From assembly GCF_902713615.1 (NCBI RefSeq), contig NC_052160.1, positions 58,248,719 through 58,312,718 on the forward strand: a DNA stretch of 64,000 nt, in the 5' to 3' direction. Positions within the stretch are counted from its first letter, which is position 1; the number at the start of each line of letters is the position of its first letter. The notes below the pieces were generated by a model. The model made no database searches, had not been told where the DNA came from, and saw only the letters and a program-made list of their open reading frames with translations. Source of the DNA: Scyliorhinus canicula (Eukaryota). Shown piece after piece: positions 1 to 12,767 of this stretch. Position numbers and translations under genes: made by a program.

Positions 1-1250
1 ATTTCGGTGGGCAAGACCCTACGGATTCACAAGGGAGAGACTGTCGTGGGCCTGGCTTAGCCCAATCTGTTATTTTATTATTGGACAGTGTATATTGAGA
101 ATGTGCTGGGGTGGTACAGGGGGTGGAGTCCTTGTGGGGGCAGATGGAGAGGAGTGCCTGTAGAGGTTTCCGTTTGAGAGCCTTGGTTATGGTTCTCCTT
201 CTGTTCTCTCCGACTGAATGGACTTGCAGTCCGATGGTGGTGGCCACCTTGAGAATATGGAGACAGTTTAGGCAGCATTTTAAGCTGCGTGCTATGTCAT
301 TGTTGGCACCAATCTGTGAAAGTCATCTTTTTCTACCCGTTGCCTTGGACTTATTGTTTGGTATTTGGAGGGAGGTGGGGCTGGAGCGGTTCGTGGATTT
401 GTTTATAGTTGGCAAAATTCGCTGGTTTTGAGGCGTGGTTGGGCAAGTACTGGCTTCTGAGAGCTAATCTGTTCAGGATGTTGGTTATTTATAATTGGCT
501 TGTGTTGACTGAACAGGTTCCACTGGATGAGGTGGAGAGGGAGCTGGGCCAGGTATTTGAGGTGGGGTGTGGAGCAAGGCTCTACACAAGTCAACTCCAC
601 CTCCTAGTGTGCTAGGCTCAATGTGATTCAGTTTAAGGTGGTACATAGAGCACATCTGTCCAGGGCACAGCTGAGTGGGTTCTTCAAGGAAATAGCTGAT
701 AGGTGCGAGCGGTGCTCTAGGGGTCCAGCTCATCATGCGCACATGTTCTGGTCTTGTAATAAGCTTTGGGCTTTTGGGTCTCCTTCTTCAGCATCATGTC
801 AGGAATTCTTGGGGTTGAGCTTGCCCTTTGGTGGTTATCTTTGGGTTTTCAGATTTACCGGAGCTGCAGATTGAAGCAAAGACAGATGCTCTTGCCTTTG
901 CCTCGCTAATAGCCCGAAGGCGAGTTCTGTTTGGATGGAAGTCTTGGGTGCCGCCCATGGCTGCAGTGTGGTTAAGTGACCTGATGGAGTGCTTACATTT
1001 TGAAAAAATATCAAGTATATCTTCAGAGGGTTGATGGAAAGGCAGCCGTTCATTTCCTACTTCAGGGAGCTGGTCAGATCTAGGGGAGATCTAGGGCGTT
1101 GGTGGTGATCTAGGGCATTGGTTATTCTTTTTGGATTTGGCTTTGGGCAGTGACAGGTTGGGGGTTTGAAATATTGTAATTGTTGTATGAATATGGTTGC
1201 AAAGGTGTTATATTGGAATAAAAGTCTGAATAAAAATATATGTTTTTTAT
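1..1250 (+). mobile_element. Degenerate L1-clade LINE 3' end
   Basis: ORF2 C-terminal motifs IQFKVVHRAH, HMFWSC, LAFASLIARRR; AATAAA near 1229. Confidence 0.85.
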
Positions 1251-2146
1251 AAACAACAAGTGACAGGGCTTCATATGTGCTGTGATGTTGCTTTCTCTCC
1301 TTCTTGGTCTGCTGTGGCTGCAGGCATCTCTGAAATCTAAAATCAGAAGTTGTGAAGAAAGGAAGGTGAATTGGAAAGCAAGAGATCAACATATGTAGCT
1401 TGATCATTATACTTGGGGGTGAGAGTGAGCTGGGAGTTGAGGTGGATTATAAGGCAGGTATGTGCTGTCACCCTGAATACCCTCCGCAACATCAGATGCC
1501 ATGAATTTTGTCACAGCTAGCCCCATGATGCTGATAACCATCCCTTCTGTAGGGCTCAGGAGATGAAGTCATCGTAATTCCCTGTCTTTTCTGCTCTGTT
1601 CCCTTCTATGCTGTGGCACTTTGTCCTTCCAGAGAATGGCAAGAATATCTGTGATTGTGCAGCACTGTGTTCAGATGATGTGCCTGCCACAGCTGAAGAA
1701 CTGGCAACATGTGGAGTCAATGAGAGATGTGACCGTGACAACATTAGAGAATATGTGACAGTGAAGTGGAATATTTGGATTTTAATTGAACCATGAGTGC
1801 CAGGGAGTGCTGCTGAGTGTGCATTGGACAGTGTGAGAAGTTGGAGTGGCGGCAAGGAAATGTCATGTGAAGATGCATTTACTGACCATGTCAACCTGCG
1901 TGAGGTTATTGGGTTTCTTCTGGCACTGCTGCAGGCTCTTTGATCCAGATGCCAGGATGTAGCCTCCCTAGTAACCCGACCCTAATCTCTTCTGACCCCC
2001 CTTGAGGGCCTAGCATCTCTTCTCCTGTTAATCTCCATCTCTAATTCTCCACATTAGACATTGACGGTCCATTTTCCTTGTTTAGAATTTCGGCAACAGT
2101 ATTCAGCATCTGCCTCTTGTTATCCGGTGAAGCTTCCTATAAGAAG

Positions 2147-2374
2147 AGTAAGAAGTCTTACCACACCAGGTTAAAGTCCAACAGGTTTGTTTCAAACACG
2201 AGCTTTCGGAGTGCAGCTCCTTCTTCAGGTGACTGGACTGGACAGGTGAGTCACCTGAAGACGGAGCTGCGCTCCGAAAGCTCGTGTTTGAAACAAACCT
2301 GTTGGACTTTAACCTGGTGTTGTAAGACTTCTTACTGTGCTCACCCCAGTCCAACGCCGGCATCTCCACAACAA
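2147..2374 (+). mobile_element. Penelope-derived foldback mini-element with two hammerhead-like motifs
   Basis: 88-bp inverted arms 2147-2234/2249-2336, 38-bp tail, exact 12-bp TSD TCCTATAAGAAG (2135-2146, 2375-2386). Confidence 0.8.
2252..2286 (+). ncRNA. Minimal type I hammerhead ribozyme-like motif (mirror copy on minus strand at 2197-2231)
   Basis: cac-CTGAAGA-c-GGAGC-tgc-GCTCC-GAAA-gc-TC-gtg: conserved core, stem II, palindromic AGCT in place of stem III, cac/gtg stem I. Confidence 0.6.
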
Positions 2375-4060
2375 TCCTATAAGAAGGACAGACCATCTTT
2401 AGGAATAAAGGCTAGCTGCACCACATGAGATAAGTGAATGCTGCTTGGCCCTCAGCTGAACAGAGGCAGCCAGCAGGACAGTAGATGCTCAGTTCTCTGA
2501 CGCAATCATGGAATTGAAGTGGTAGAAATAATTTTGCATGGTGCCTGTTGTCACTGGAACCAGCCTGATCGCAAATCATGTGCCCTGTGCTCGAAAAATA
2601 GTCCAACTATTTTAGCCTAGTATTTGCTCATTATTGCACAGGCTGAATCAGTACCTGATAAACCCATGTGTAAAAACAAAAAAAGAAGTGTGTGTTTTAT
2701 CTTTTTTAGTATTGCTAGGTTTCACTGTTGGAATTCATAAATTGATAGAATAAAGGCTTCCAATGATGGAAATCTATAACGCATCTGATACGAGCATGTA
2801 TTTAGGCTTGATAATACCTGTCAGGCTTTTCACTCTGTGTTCCTTAAATAATATCATTTAATTTGCACAAGTATGTTTTTATTTTAAGATGCTTTAGCAT
2901 ACCTGATATCGACTTGGTGACTGTGCTTTTGATTTTTAAATTATGATTTGAGTATAATCTATTAATATAGAACAGGAGTGTAGGCTATTTAGTTCCTGAA
3001 GCTTGTTCTGCCATTTATTGTGATTCTGCTGAAGTGATATTGTTGCTTATCATGGCCATGCTAGCAAAGGCAAATTTCTAGGACTCTATTGCCCATTTAT
3101 CGGCTGGTTTGAGTTAGCAAGGCTGAAAATACCACCCAATTACTCAGCTATTTGAGAGGGCTAGAATTGTGTGGGTGGTTCTTGTGGAGTTTGGTTTGCA
3201 AAAAAGCTGTATTTTAACTGTGCTGGACAGCATTGTGTGGTTTAAAGCTTTGCCGTATACTACTGGATCAAGGTTGAAACCAAACTGAGAGAATGAGCAC
3301 TGAAAGCATATATTCACTTTCTCCTCTTTGGTTACGAATAATTCTGAACTGTAGTTTTTGGGTATAGGTCTCCCTCAAATTCAAGTCCTCCAAAGTAAAT
3401 ATAACAGTGCATGTAAAAAAAGTAACTGTGTCAGTGTATGGGACAATTTCTGTGATGCTTCTATCAAATATAACCATTTTGTATAAATGAAAGTCCCCGC
3501 TTTAGTCCAATTGATCCCTCCGGTGTATATTGTTGTAATGTAAAAAAAAAAACAATTTTAGTTATTTGGATTTTGTTCATGCTGTCATAGCATGCCTGCA
3601 ATTTGAGATGTGTAGTGGTTGAGTTGCAGTACGATTGCACAACCCATGACTTTGATTGACTTGTTAAAGCTTGATCCTTGGACCTAGTATTGTTTTACTT
3701 GCATTGCATAAGTTTTATAAAACATTGTAATGGATATATTTTGGAACTGAAACTTTCAAATATCTGGTATGCAATTGTTTTCATAGCCTTTGCATTCCAA
3801 TAGCAATGAGCTGAAGACCTTTGCCCTAACTAAATGCTTGATATTAATCATATCATGCTAAAAAAAATCAATTATATATGATGAGATTCTGAATTATTCA
3901 CTTCCTTGCTCGTAACATCATGTTTGACCCTGAGCTGTCATTCCTTAAAGCAATATGCACACAATCGAAAGTGGATTGATTTTTTTTTTTACCACCTTAG
4001 TGTTCAATAGATGGAATATTTATGTGAAGCAAATTTTTATTCACTTTTTTTGTTTTAAAG

Positions 4061-4153
4061 AGAGCTGCTAATATGATCCCAGCTCATGACAGTCCCCTTG
4101 CTGCTCTGGCATTTGATGCAAGTGGTACAAAACTGGCGACAGCCTCTGAAAAG
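4061..4153 (+). CDS. WIPI2: WIPI2 internal coding exon ([31 protein letters not shown])
   Basis: 93 nt between ttttaaag| and |gtaagc; translation matches recalled vertebrate WIPI2 (Atg18/PROPPIN family); phase 0/0. Upstream exons are not in the window. Confidence 0.97.
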
Positions 4154-4419
4154 GTAAGCCATTTGAGGTATATGTTTTGCATAGTGTGTTTTAACAATAA
4201 CAACATTTTCACAAGAACAATTGGAATGCGAAAAAGAGTTATTTTTTGATAGGTTAAACATTTTACAACAATAGCTTGCATTTGCATAACATTGTTAACG
4301 TACTGAAAATCTTCCAAGGCATTGTCAAAGGAGCATTATCAAACAAAATTTAACACTGAGCTGGATAAGGAGAAATTGGGACAGGGATCAAACACTTGGC
4401 CATGGAGGTAGGATTTGAG

Positions 4420-4850
4420 AGCATAAGGACATAAGAAATAGGATCAGAAGTAGGCCATTCAGCCATTGAGCATGCTTCCCCCATTGAATAAGATCATGTT
4501 TCTCAGTTACACTGCCCCCCACTATTCCTATATCCCTTGCGTCCGTCCATAAGTAGGCAAAAAATTGATTGACCTCTCTGTTCAAAATATTCAACAACTG
4601 ACCAGCCATAGCTCTCTGTAACAAAAAATCCAAAGGTTCACAACTCTTTTAGGTCTGAAATGAGGTCAAAGTTTTTCACTCAATGACCTATCCCATATTC
4701 TGAGGCTGTGGTTCTGTAGTTCTGCACTCCCAAGCCAGGAGAAACATCCTACCTTCCACCCTGCTTAAGAATTTTATAAGATTGTAAGAAATAGGAGGAG
4801 TACACAATATTCCTCCTTGAGCCTGTTCTGCCATTCTGTGCGTTCATGGA
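4420..4850 (-). mobile_element. Degenerate CR1-clade LINE 3' end(s)
   Basis: cataagaaatagga...gtaggccattcagcc is the reverse complement of the CR1 tail seen at 46420-46490. Confidence 0.65.
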
Positions 4851-5393
4851 ACAGTGAAAATAGTGGATCTGCAAAAGGTGAGAATGGAAAAATGTCGATC
4901 TTGGAGGGTTGTCAGGCATAAGAACAGAAAGGTAATTCTATACATATACACAATGGTGCATTTTATGTTGAGTAATTTGAAATAAACTAGAAGTAAGACA
5001 GTTCACCCTACTTTTATTGGATTGCAGCAACTTTAAATTATGCCCATGGGTTAAAAGGGCAGTGATAGCATAGATAAAAAATTGGATTAGTGGCAGGAAA
5101 CCGTAGTGGTGAATAGTTTTTTTGGGATTGGAGGGTGGTATACAGCTTGGTTCTCCAAGGGGTCAGTACTCAGACCACTGCTTTTAGTGGCATATTAGTG
5201 ACTAGACTTGGGTGTATACGGCGCATTTCAAAATTTGTAGGTAATACAAAAAATTAAAGCATTATGAAATGTGAGGATAATGATAGACTTGAAGATGGGA
5301 TAAGGAAGACACGAGCGATGGAATTTAATATAGGGAAGTGTGAAGTGATGCATCTTGATAGGAAGAACATGGAGAAGAGTTTAAAATAAAGAA

Positions 5394-6213
5394 GGGAGGA
5401 GGGGTTCTGGTGTGAGGTTCTCCGGAGGGCGAACGCCTCCACCTCGTGCGCGAGGTTGGGGCTGATACATCTGAAGGTGGTATATAGAGCCGGCTCTTTG
5501 AGGGGGTAGAAGATGTGTGTGAGCTTTGCGGGTGGGGCCCCACAAACAATGTTCATATGTTTTGGTCCTGTCCAAAGCTGGAGGATTACTGGAAGGAGGT
5601 TTTAGAGTAATCTCTAAAGTGGTGCACGTGAAACTGGACATGGGACCCTCGGGAGGCCATATTTGGGGTGTCGGACCAGCCGGGGTTGGAAACGGGTGTG
5701 GAGGCAGATGCTGTAGCCTTCGCCTCGTTGATGATCTCCATCCAAACAGGATCCGCCTTCGGGTGATCAATGAGGTGAAGGCTAAAGCATCTGCCTCCAC
5801 ACCCGTTTCCAACCTCCACCTTGTGCCCTGTCATGGCGGGGGGACTTGCTGGAATTCTTGGCTCCTGAGAAGGTCAAATTTGAACTGAAGGGAAGGATGG
5901 AGAGCTTCTACAATTCATGGGCGCTATTCATTATGCACTTTCGAGAATTGGATTACTTCAAACATCGGGGGGGGCGGTGTTGTGAGGGCTGGGGTGAGGA
6001 GGACTGACTATGTGTTAATGGTGACTCTGGGTGATTCCTGATCCCTTTTTATTATTTGTTTATGTTAACATGTTGGATGCTGTTTGGGGGTTTGGTGGGA
6101 GGATAGGATTGTTGTTATTGATATGGAGATTGACATTGCATTCGTTATTGGTGGTGGGTGTAGATTTGGGGAAAAATGTGAAAAAGGAGTATAAAAATAT
6201 TTTTTAAAAAATG
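5394..6213 (+). mobile_element. 5'-truncated L1 3' end with internal inverted duplication
   Basis: ORF2 C-terminal motifs; TSD AAATAAAGAA at 5384-5393 and 6214-6223, next to a TT/AAAA site. Confidence 0.8.
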
Positions 6214-6625
6214 AAATAAAGAACAGAGAGACTTAGGGCACAGCTCATTGAAAGTGGTAGGGAAGCTTGAGTGAGAAAGTAGTTAAAAAGGCATGCTGGG
6301 CTTTATAAGTAGAGGTAACGAATGCAAGAGTACAAAAGTAAGGAAGTTAGGATGAAACTTTATAAAATGCTGTGTTGGAGAACTGGAGTATTGTGTTCAA
6401 TTTTGAGCATCCTTCTTCAGAAGGTTGTCAAGCTTTTAGCAAAGCTGCAGAAAGAATTCAATAGAATGGTTCCAGATATGAGGGACTTTGGTTACATGGC
6501 TAGATTAAAGAAACTGGGTTTGTTTTTGTTAGAGAAGAGAAGGTTGAGAGAGATGTTAAAAATCATAAGGGGTCCAGACAAATAAACAGCTGTCCCCATT
6601 GGAGGGCTCAAGATCCAGAGAACAA

Positions 6626-6980
6626 GGGTGGTGCAATGGTTAGCGCTTTTGCTTCACAGTGCCAAGGACCCGGGTTTGATTCCAGCCTTGGGTGACTGTG
6701 TGAAGTTTGCTTGTTCTCCTCATGTCTGCATAGGTTTCCTCCGGGTGTTCTGGTTTCCTCCCACAGTCCAAAGATTTGCAGGTCAGCTGGATTTGCCATG
6801 CTAAATTGGCCCTTGGTATTCAAAAAAGATGTACAGGTTAGGTGGATTGCCCATGATCAATGCATGTGGTTACGGGGATAGGGCGGGGAGTGGGCTTGGG
6901 TAGAGAGCTCCTTCGGAGGGTCGGTGCAGATTCGATGGATCGAATGGCAGCCTCCTGCACTGTAGGGATTATATATTCTA
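6626..6980 (+). mobile_element. HE1/V-SINE with CR1-type tail
   Basis: tRNA-like head, V-core gtttcctccggg...cccacagtccaaaga, tail gaatggc...ctgcactgtagggatt. Confidence 0.85.
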
Positions 6981-7229
6981 GGACATGGGTTTAAGATGAT
7001 TGAAAAATGAACCAAGAGCAACATGAGGGAGATTTTTAATGCAGTGTGTAGTTAACACCTACAATGGCAGATTAATTGTGACTTTCAAAAGAGTTAGTTA
7101 AGCACCCGAAGAGAGAAATGGTGTAGGTCTACAAGGAAAGGGAGGGATGTGGGGTTATCCGAGTTGCTTTTCCAAAGAACCAGCATGGGTACTGCGGGCT
7201 GAATGGCCTCATTAGCTGCTGTAACCATT

Positions 7230-7429
7230 TTAAAATAAATTTGGAGTACACATTATTTTTCACAATTAAGGTGCAATTTAGTGTGGCCAATCCATCTACC
7301 TGCACATCTTTTGGGAGACACTGGGAGAATGTGCAAACTCCACACAGACAGTGACCCAGGGCCAGGATCGAACCCGGGTCCTCCGCGCAATAGGCTGCAG
7401 TGCTAACCACTACATCACCCTGCCGCCCC
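7230..7429 (-). mobile_element. V-SINE, A-rich-tail subtype
   Basis: Same core as 10823-11052; imperfect TSD ctgtaac(c/a)att. Confidence 0.8.
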
Positions 7430-7651
7430 ACTGTAACAATTCTGGTCTTTATGCTGAATACTGTACTATACTCTATTTTGCATGAAACTAATTTGTTGTA
7501 CCTCAATCCATTAAACTCCAGTTATTAATTCCCTTAAATTCATCCACATATGAAAGATCAAAGATCTTTCAAAGATCACGATCATTTGTAGTTTTTAAGT
7601 AGCTAAGACCACTGCTCAAGCACCAGTTCTAACGGCTGACTTTTTACGTAT

Positions 7652-8915
7652 TGCTGAGCGAGGGGATGGTTTCCTAGGCCATATCCGAGGACACTAGTTA
7701 GCCACATAGAAATGAATCTTGTCAGGAAAACAAAGATAGTTTTAAGAGATTTATATTTGCATTGGTGAACAGAAATAAGATATAGTTTTAAGTATGTTTA
7801 ATTTAATATTTTTGTGCGCTATTGTTAGATTCACGTTAAAATTTGTGTTTGTGTGTATTTTTGGCAGCTGGTTTGTGAAGAGTAAATAAACCAGCGTGGT
7901 AGCTTAGTAGTTGGGGCCTTGTAAGGTAGAGAAGCTTTTAAGTTTTAGTTTAGCTAATTTGATTGCAGTTGGAGATGGGTAGTGAGAGAGAAGACAACTC
8001 TCACAGCTCTGTAGCAGCAGTTGGTTTTAGAAAGCTAAAGAGGGAACACTTCTCAGCCTTGCTAGAATGGAGTAATGGTAAAGAGAACAGTTTCCGGAAA
8101 TCTAACTCCGGAAACTAGAGAAATGACGAGGGGATTCCAAGAAGTCTAGAGTTAATAGAATATAGGAAACTGGTAACCAGAACTGATTACCAGAACAGGT
8201 TACTCTTCAATAAAGTCACAAGAGTTGAAAAGGCATTGGATTGTGAGAGGCCAGAAAGATATCTGCAATACTGCTAAGGTTTGTAAGAAAATATTAGTTT
8301 GGGAGATATTATTTAAAATAATTGTGGAACTTGGTGGATGGACCTCGGAGTTTGTGTAAAAGCCTTTAAGACAAAGGAAACCTAGAGGGAGAGGTATAAA
8401 ACCTGAAAATGAAAACTTGATGGAAACATCGGAGGGAAAGCATAATTTAAAAGAAGATTTGAAAGTGGAATTTGAAATCACTCGTGGAAGCCAGAGTTCA
8501 GCGAGACAAGGTGGATCACAGTATAAGAATCATCTGGGGGAACTTTGAGGAGAAATCCACAGACATTCATTTGGGTTCAGAGAGGGAGTGTGTCTTACCA
8601 CAGTCATCTTGTGTGCTTAAAAGGGACTTTTGTGTTCATGAGACCATTGTAGTTTAAGATGTACTTTGTAATCTGTGTTAATCTTAAAATCTGTGTGCAA
8701 TTGTTAAACTAAAGGGGGAGTAAAGGAGTATTGTATTATCTAATTTTTAAAATGTTTAATAAATGTTTTTTTCTTGTTGTTAAAACTAACTGGCAGTCTT
8801 GTGACTCTGTTCCTCAATGTTGTATTAAAAAAAAAGTAATGGTTGTGGTCTTTTGAGCCAGAGTTGCATTTTGGGAGTTTGCCATCCAGTTAGAACGCCA
8901 ACCGGTATTGTAACA
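7652..8915 (+). mobile_element. Candidate solo LTR (Gypsy-like)
   Basis: TG...TGTAACA ends, GTAT 4-bp duplication at 7648-7651/8916-8919, AATAAA at 8758; terminal inverted repeat imperfect. Confidence 0.45.
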
Positions 8916-10087
8916 GTATGAGTTTGTGCGTATAGACTGGATAGACTGGTTCATTCACTCTGCTAGAAATTGACTACTAACAAGTAATTCTACCTTGCTG
9001 TATGCTGCAGTCTTGCCAGCATGATGTTCACTTGATGCAGTATTGAGTATCATAATCTTGGCTTAAAATAGTTTAGTGCTCTAAAAGGGCGTAAATTAAT
9101 TCCACTTTAAGACGTATTAGTTAATTCCTGAATTGAGAACTTTTTTAAAAATCAGTGTAGAATGATGATACTTGCAGCACAGAAGGTAGCCATTTGTTCC
9201 TTGTGCTTGCTCTTCTTAAACATGGGGTGTAGATAATGATCGCAGTGCAGCATTTATTGTCCACCCCTGCTTTCAACTTCTTGAATGCAGCAATGGTTTT
9301 ACAACACAGTGTGAGATTTCCCAGGCCATTTCAGAGCACATTAGGAGCCAACCACATTTCATAAGTCTGGAATTTTGTGTTGATCCTATTTGGGAGGCTG
9401 GCTGGTCTCCTCCCTAAATATATTAATTGGCCTGTCGGATTTTTACAACAGCTGTCAGATTGACTGGATTTGTTTAATTTCACTTTCCTGATTTGCCATG
9501 ATGGGATTATAAATTTACAAATGCTGGGTTGCGAGTCCAGTATTGAAATCACTACACCTCCATAGCAGTGCAATAAAGTCCCACTCTTCGTGGGTGTTGT
9601 TTTCTCATGAACCTCACAAGTTGCGAAATCGTGAACGTTGAACATGCTTTTCAATGGGACTTTAGCTTCCAGCCATGTGAAGGCGGCACTGGTTTGGGCA
9701 AATTGTGGTGCAGCACCTGTATACGACAGATCGGGGAGCCTTTGAGCAACACATTGGTGAGGATTTCAAAATTGAACAGAGCCATTATTGCAGCTCTGGA
9801 TCGAGTGATTAGGCCATTTCCGGGTTAATCTCTTCATTCGGGTTGCACTTCAGCTGCAGCCATTCTAGTCTCTGCGAGGAGAGAGTAAGAAGAAAATGGA
9901 GATGAGCGAACATTGCTCATCTGATGGGCAATGCAGTGTACAAAGTACAAAGCGAGGGTAAATGAAAACGTGACAAACGTTGCAAAAGATGGGATTTTAC
10001 TGTGGTTGCAGTACCTACTCTAATTCTGTTTCTCTATTGGTTCCCCATATCCTTTTATATTTTTCCTTTACAAATATTAAAACATAA

Positions 10088-10416
10088 GGGCAGCATGTTA
10101 GCACTGTTGCTTTACAGCTCCAGGGTCCCAGGTTCGATTCCCGACTTGGGTCGCTGTCTGTGCGGAATCTGCACGTTCTCCCCGTGTCTGCGTGGGTTTT
10201 CTCTGGGTGCCGGATCCGGGTTCCCCTCTCGGTCCCAAGATTTGCAGGTTAGGAGGATTGCCCACACTAAATTGCCCTTCGTGTCTAAAAGGTTAGGTGG
10301 GGTTACTGGGTTACGGGGATAGGGTAGAGGTGTGGGCGTAAGGCGGGTGCTCCTTCCAAGGGCCAGTGCAAACTCAATGGGCTGAATGGCCTCCTTCTGC
10401 ACTGTAAATTTAATGA
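10088..10416 (+). mobile_element. HE1/V-SINE with CR1-type tail
   Basis: gggcagca head, GGTTCGATTCC B box, V-core, tail gaatggcctccttctgcactgtaaatt. Confidence 0.9.
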
Positions 10417-10822
10417 TAAGGTGTGATGGAAAATTTGAAGCAAGGGGGACCATTCCACGCCCTGGAGGTCAGGTGGGTGAGCCATTCCTGGCCTTGTGGC
10501 ACGTGTGACCTCTTGCTACAAGGCATGTGGGACTGACGCAGTGCTACTGGCCTACCTATGTACTTTCCATCCACATGGAAAAATGTCATGCATGTGGCAG
10601 CTTGACTAAGACCTAGAACATAATGGTTGAATATCCATTGGTTTTCACTCTGGTGTAATGCACAGTGGCGCCAGGCTGCTGTTCAACCATTTTATATTCT
10701 GACTTTTGATAAAGTCTGTTCTGTATGTAAGTGAAGGTATTTGAGTTCATCTTATAAACTAACCTAGTTTTCTTTCAGTAAATATATTTATATACTGCTG
10801 AATGATAATCATTTTCTTATTT

Positions 10823-11052
10823 TTTTTTTTTTTTATAAATTTAGATTACCCAATTATTTTTTCCAATTAAGGGGCAATTTAGCGTGGCCAATCCACCTAC
10901 TCTGCACATTTTTGGGTTGTGGGGGTGAAACCCACGCAGACACGGGGAGAATGTGCAAACTCCACACGGACAGTGACCCAGAGCCGGGATCGAACCTGGG
11001 ACCTCAGCGCCGTGAGGCGGTTGTGCTAACCACTAGGCCACCGTGCTGCCCG
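10823..11052 (-). mobile_element. Young V-SINE with poly(A) tail
   Basis: 15-bp TSD ATCATTTTCTTATTT (10808-10822/11053-11067); near-identical to 57357-57586. Confidence 0.92.
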
Positions 11053-11143
11053 ATCATTTTCTTATTTAATCAACTTTGCTAAGTATAACTTTTACCGTTA
11101 TGTTTTGTTTGCCAATGTTGTTTCTTTTGCTTTGTATCTGCAG

Positions 11144-11214
11144 GGAACAGTAATCCGAGTGTTCTCCATTCCAGAGGGACAGAAACTCTTTGAGTTCCGA
11201 AGGGGGGTTAAGAG
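11144..11214 (+). CDS. WIPI2: WIPI2 coding exon with FRRG phosphoinositide-binding motif ([23 protein letters not shown])
   Basis: 71 nt, ctgcag|...AG|gtaaga; PROPPIN FRRG motif; phase fits neighbours. Confidence 0.97.
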
Positions 11215-11374
11215 GTAAGAAAATCGGGCATGGTTAAATTTGAAAGTTATCTATTCATTGTTAACAATAATATGGTAAACAGTAGTCACTGTGGTTTTAG
11301 GTGGGTATAATTCAGTTTGACAAACCTGCTGGACTTCTCAGAAGGAACTAACAATCACGTCAACTGTAAGAAAT

Positions 11375-12250
11375 ATAAGGACATGAGAATATATCAAATA
11401 GGAGTAGAAGTAAGCCATTCAAGCCTGTCCCTCGATTCCATAAGATCATGGCTGATTTTCTACCTCAACTCCACAATCCCACACCATCTTGATATCCTTT
11501 AATTGACATAGTATCCATTAATCTATCAAACTCTTGTCCTGAATATAGTCAGCAACTTAGCATCCACAGTCCTCTGGGGTAGGGAATTCTTTGAGTGAAG
11601 AAATCTCTCCATCTCATCTCATCTCTGTTCTAAATGGTCAACCCGTATTCTGATACTGTGACCCCCTTGTTCTAGACTTTAGGGCTGGGGAAACATCCTC
11701 TCAACATCTATCCTCTCAAATCTCTAAGAATTTCATCAGTTTTAGTGAGATCATCTCTTGTTCTTCAAATATCTAGGAAATATAAGCCTACTCAATCTCC
11801 ACTCTATTTCTCCTCACAGAGATTTCCCTTTGTCTCAGCAATTAGTTTGGTGAACCTTTGTCGTATTCTTTAAGGAAGGTATACCTTTCTTTATTTGAGG
11901 AGACCAAAACTGTACTCCAGGTGTGGTCTCACCAAGGCCCTATATAATTATTCTTATACTCCAATCCCTTTGTAATAAAGTCTAATATACCATTTGATTT
12001 CTGTACCTGCATGTTAGCTTCCTGTGATTTGAGTACAAGGACACATAAGACCCTCTGCATACTAACTTTTTCCATCTCACACGATGTTCTGCTTTTCAGT
12101 TTACCCAACCAAAATGGATAACCCCATACCTCTCCACATTATATTCCATCTGGCACGTTCTTGCTCACTCACTTTACCTGTCTGTGGACCGTTGCAGTTT
12201 TCTTTTTGCATTATCCTCGCAGCTCACTTTCCCGCCGAACTTTGTATTGT
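11375..12250 (-). mobile_element. Degenerate CR1 3' fragment
   Basis: CR1 tail near 11400 and reverse-strand LYRALVRPHLEY-like sequence near 11910-11945. Confidence 0.75.
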
Positions 12251-12767
12251 TCCTCCTTATCCGAGGAAGGATGTTCTTGCTATCGAGGGGTGCATGGAGG
12301 GTTTGCCAGACTGATCCTGGGATAGCAGGACTGACATATGAAGAGAGATTGAGTCGGTTAGGATTTTATTCGCTGGAGTTCAGAAGAATGAGGAGTGTCT
12401 CATAACCTGTAAAATTCTAACAGGACTAGATATGGTAGATACAGGAAGAATGTTTCTGATGGTGGGGATGTGTAGAAACATGGCTCACAGTCTGAGGATG
12501 CAGGATAGACCATTTAGCACTGAGTTGAGCATACGTTTCTTCACAAGATAGTGGCCGGCCTGTGGAATTTGCCACCACAGAAACAGTTGAGGCCAAAATA
12601 TTGTATATTTTCAAGATGGAGTTAGATATAGCACTTGGGACATAGGGGATTGAAGAACATTGGGGGGCAGACGAGATCAGGCTATTGAGTTGGATGATCA
12701 GCCATGACCATAATGAATTGCAGAGCAGGCTTGAAGGGCTGAATTGCCTCCTCCTCCTATTTTCTAT
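12251..12767 (+). mobile_element. CR1 3' fragment
   Basis: PYxRKDVLAIEG, GLTYEERLSRLG.YSLEFRRMR, CR1 tail ending ttctat. Confidence 0.85.

Larger units (their letters stand above)
5030..7228 (+). mobile_element. Old CR1 RT fragment interrupted by an L1 (5394-6213) and a SINE (6626-6980)
   Basis: Degenerate PQGSVL, KF.D.TK, KCEVMH, EYKSKEV..KLYK, RLKKLGLF.LEKRRLR motifs continue across the inserts. Confidence 0.75.

Noticed and set aside
1420..1980. GC-balanced stretch with short ORFs, possibly a DNA-transposon relic or exon
   Set aside because: Does not translate to the missing upstream WIPI2 exon; no TIR, TSD or motif I can support.
2147..2336. Long hairpin as a TIR-type MITE or miRNA precursor
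   Set aside because: The TSD encloses an extra 38-bp tail, so the repeats are not terminal; hammerhead cores fit a Penelope origin better.
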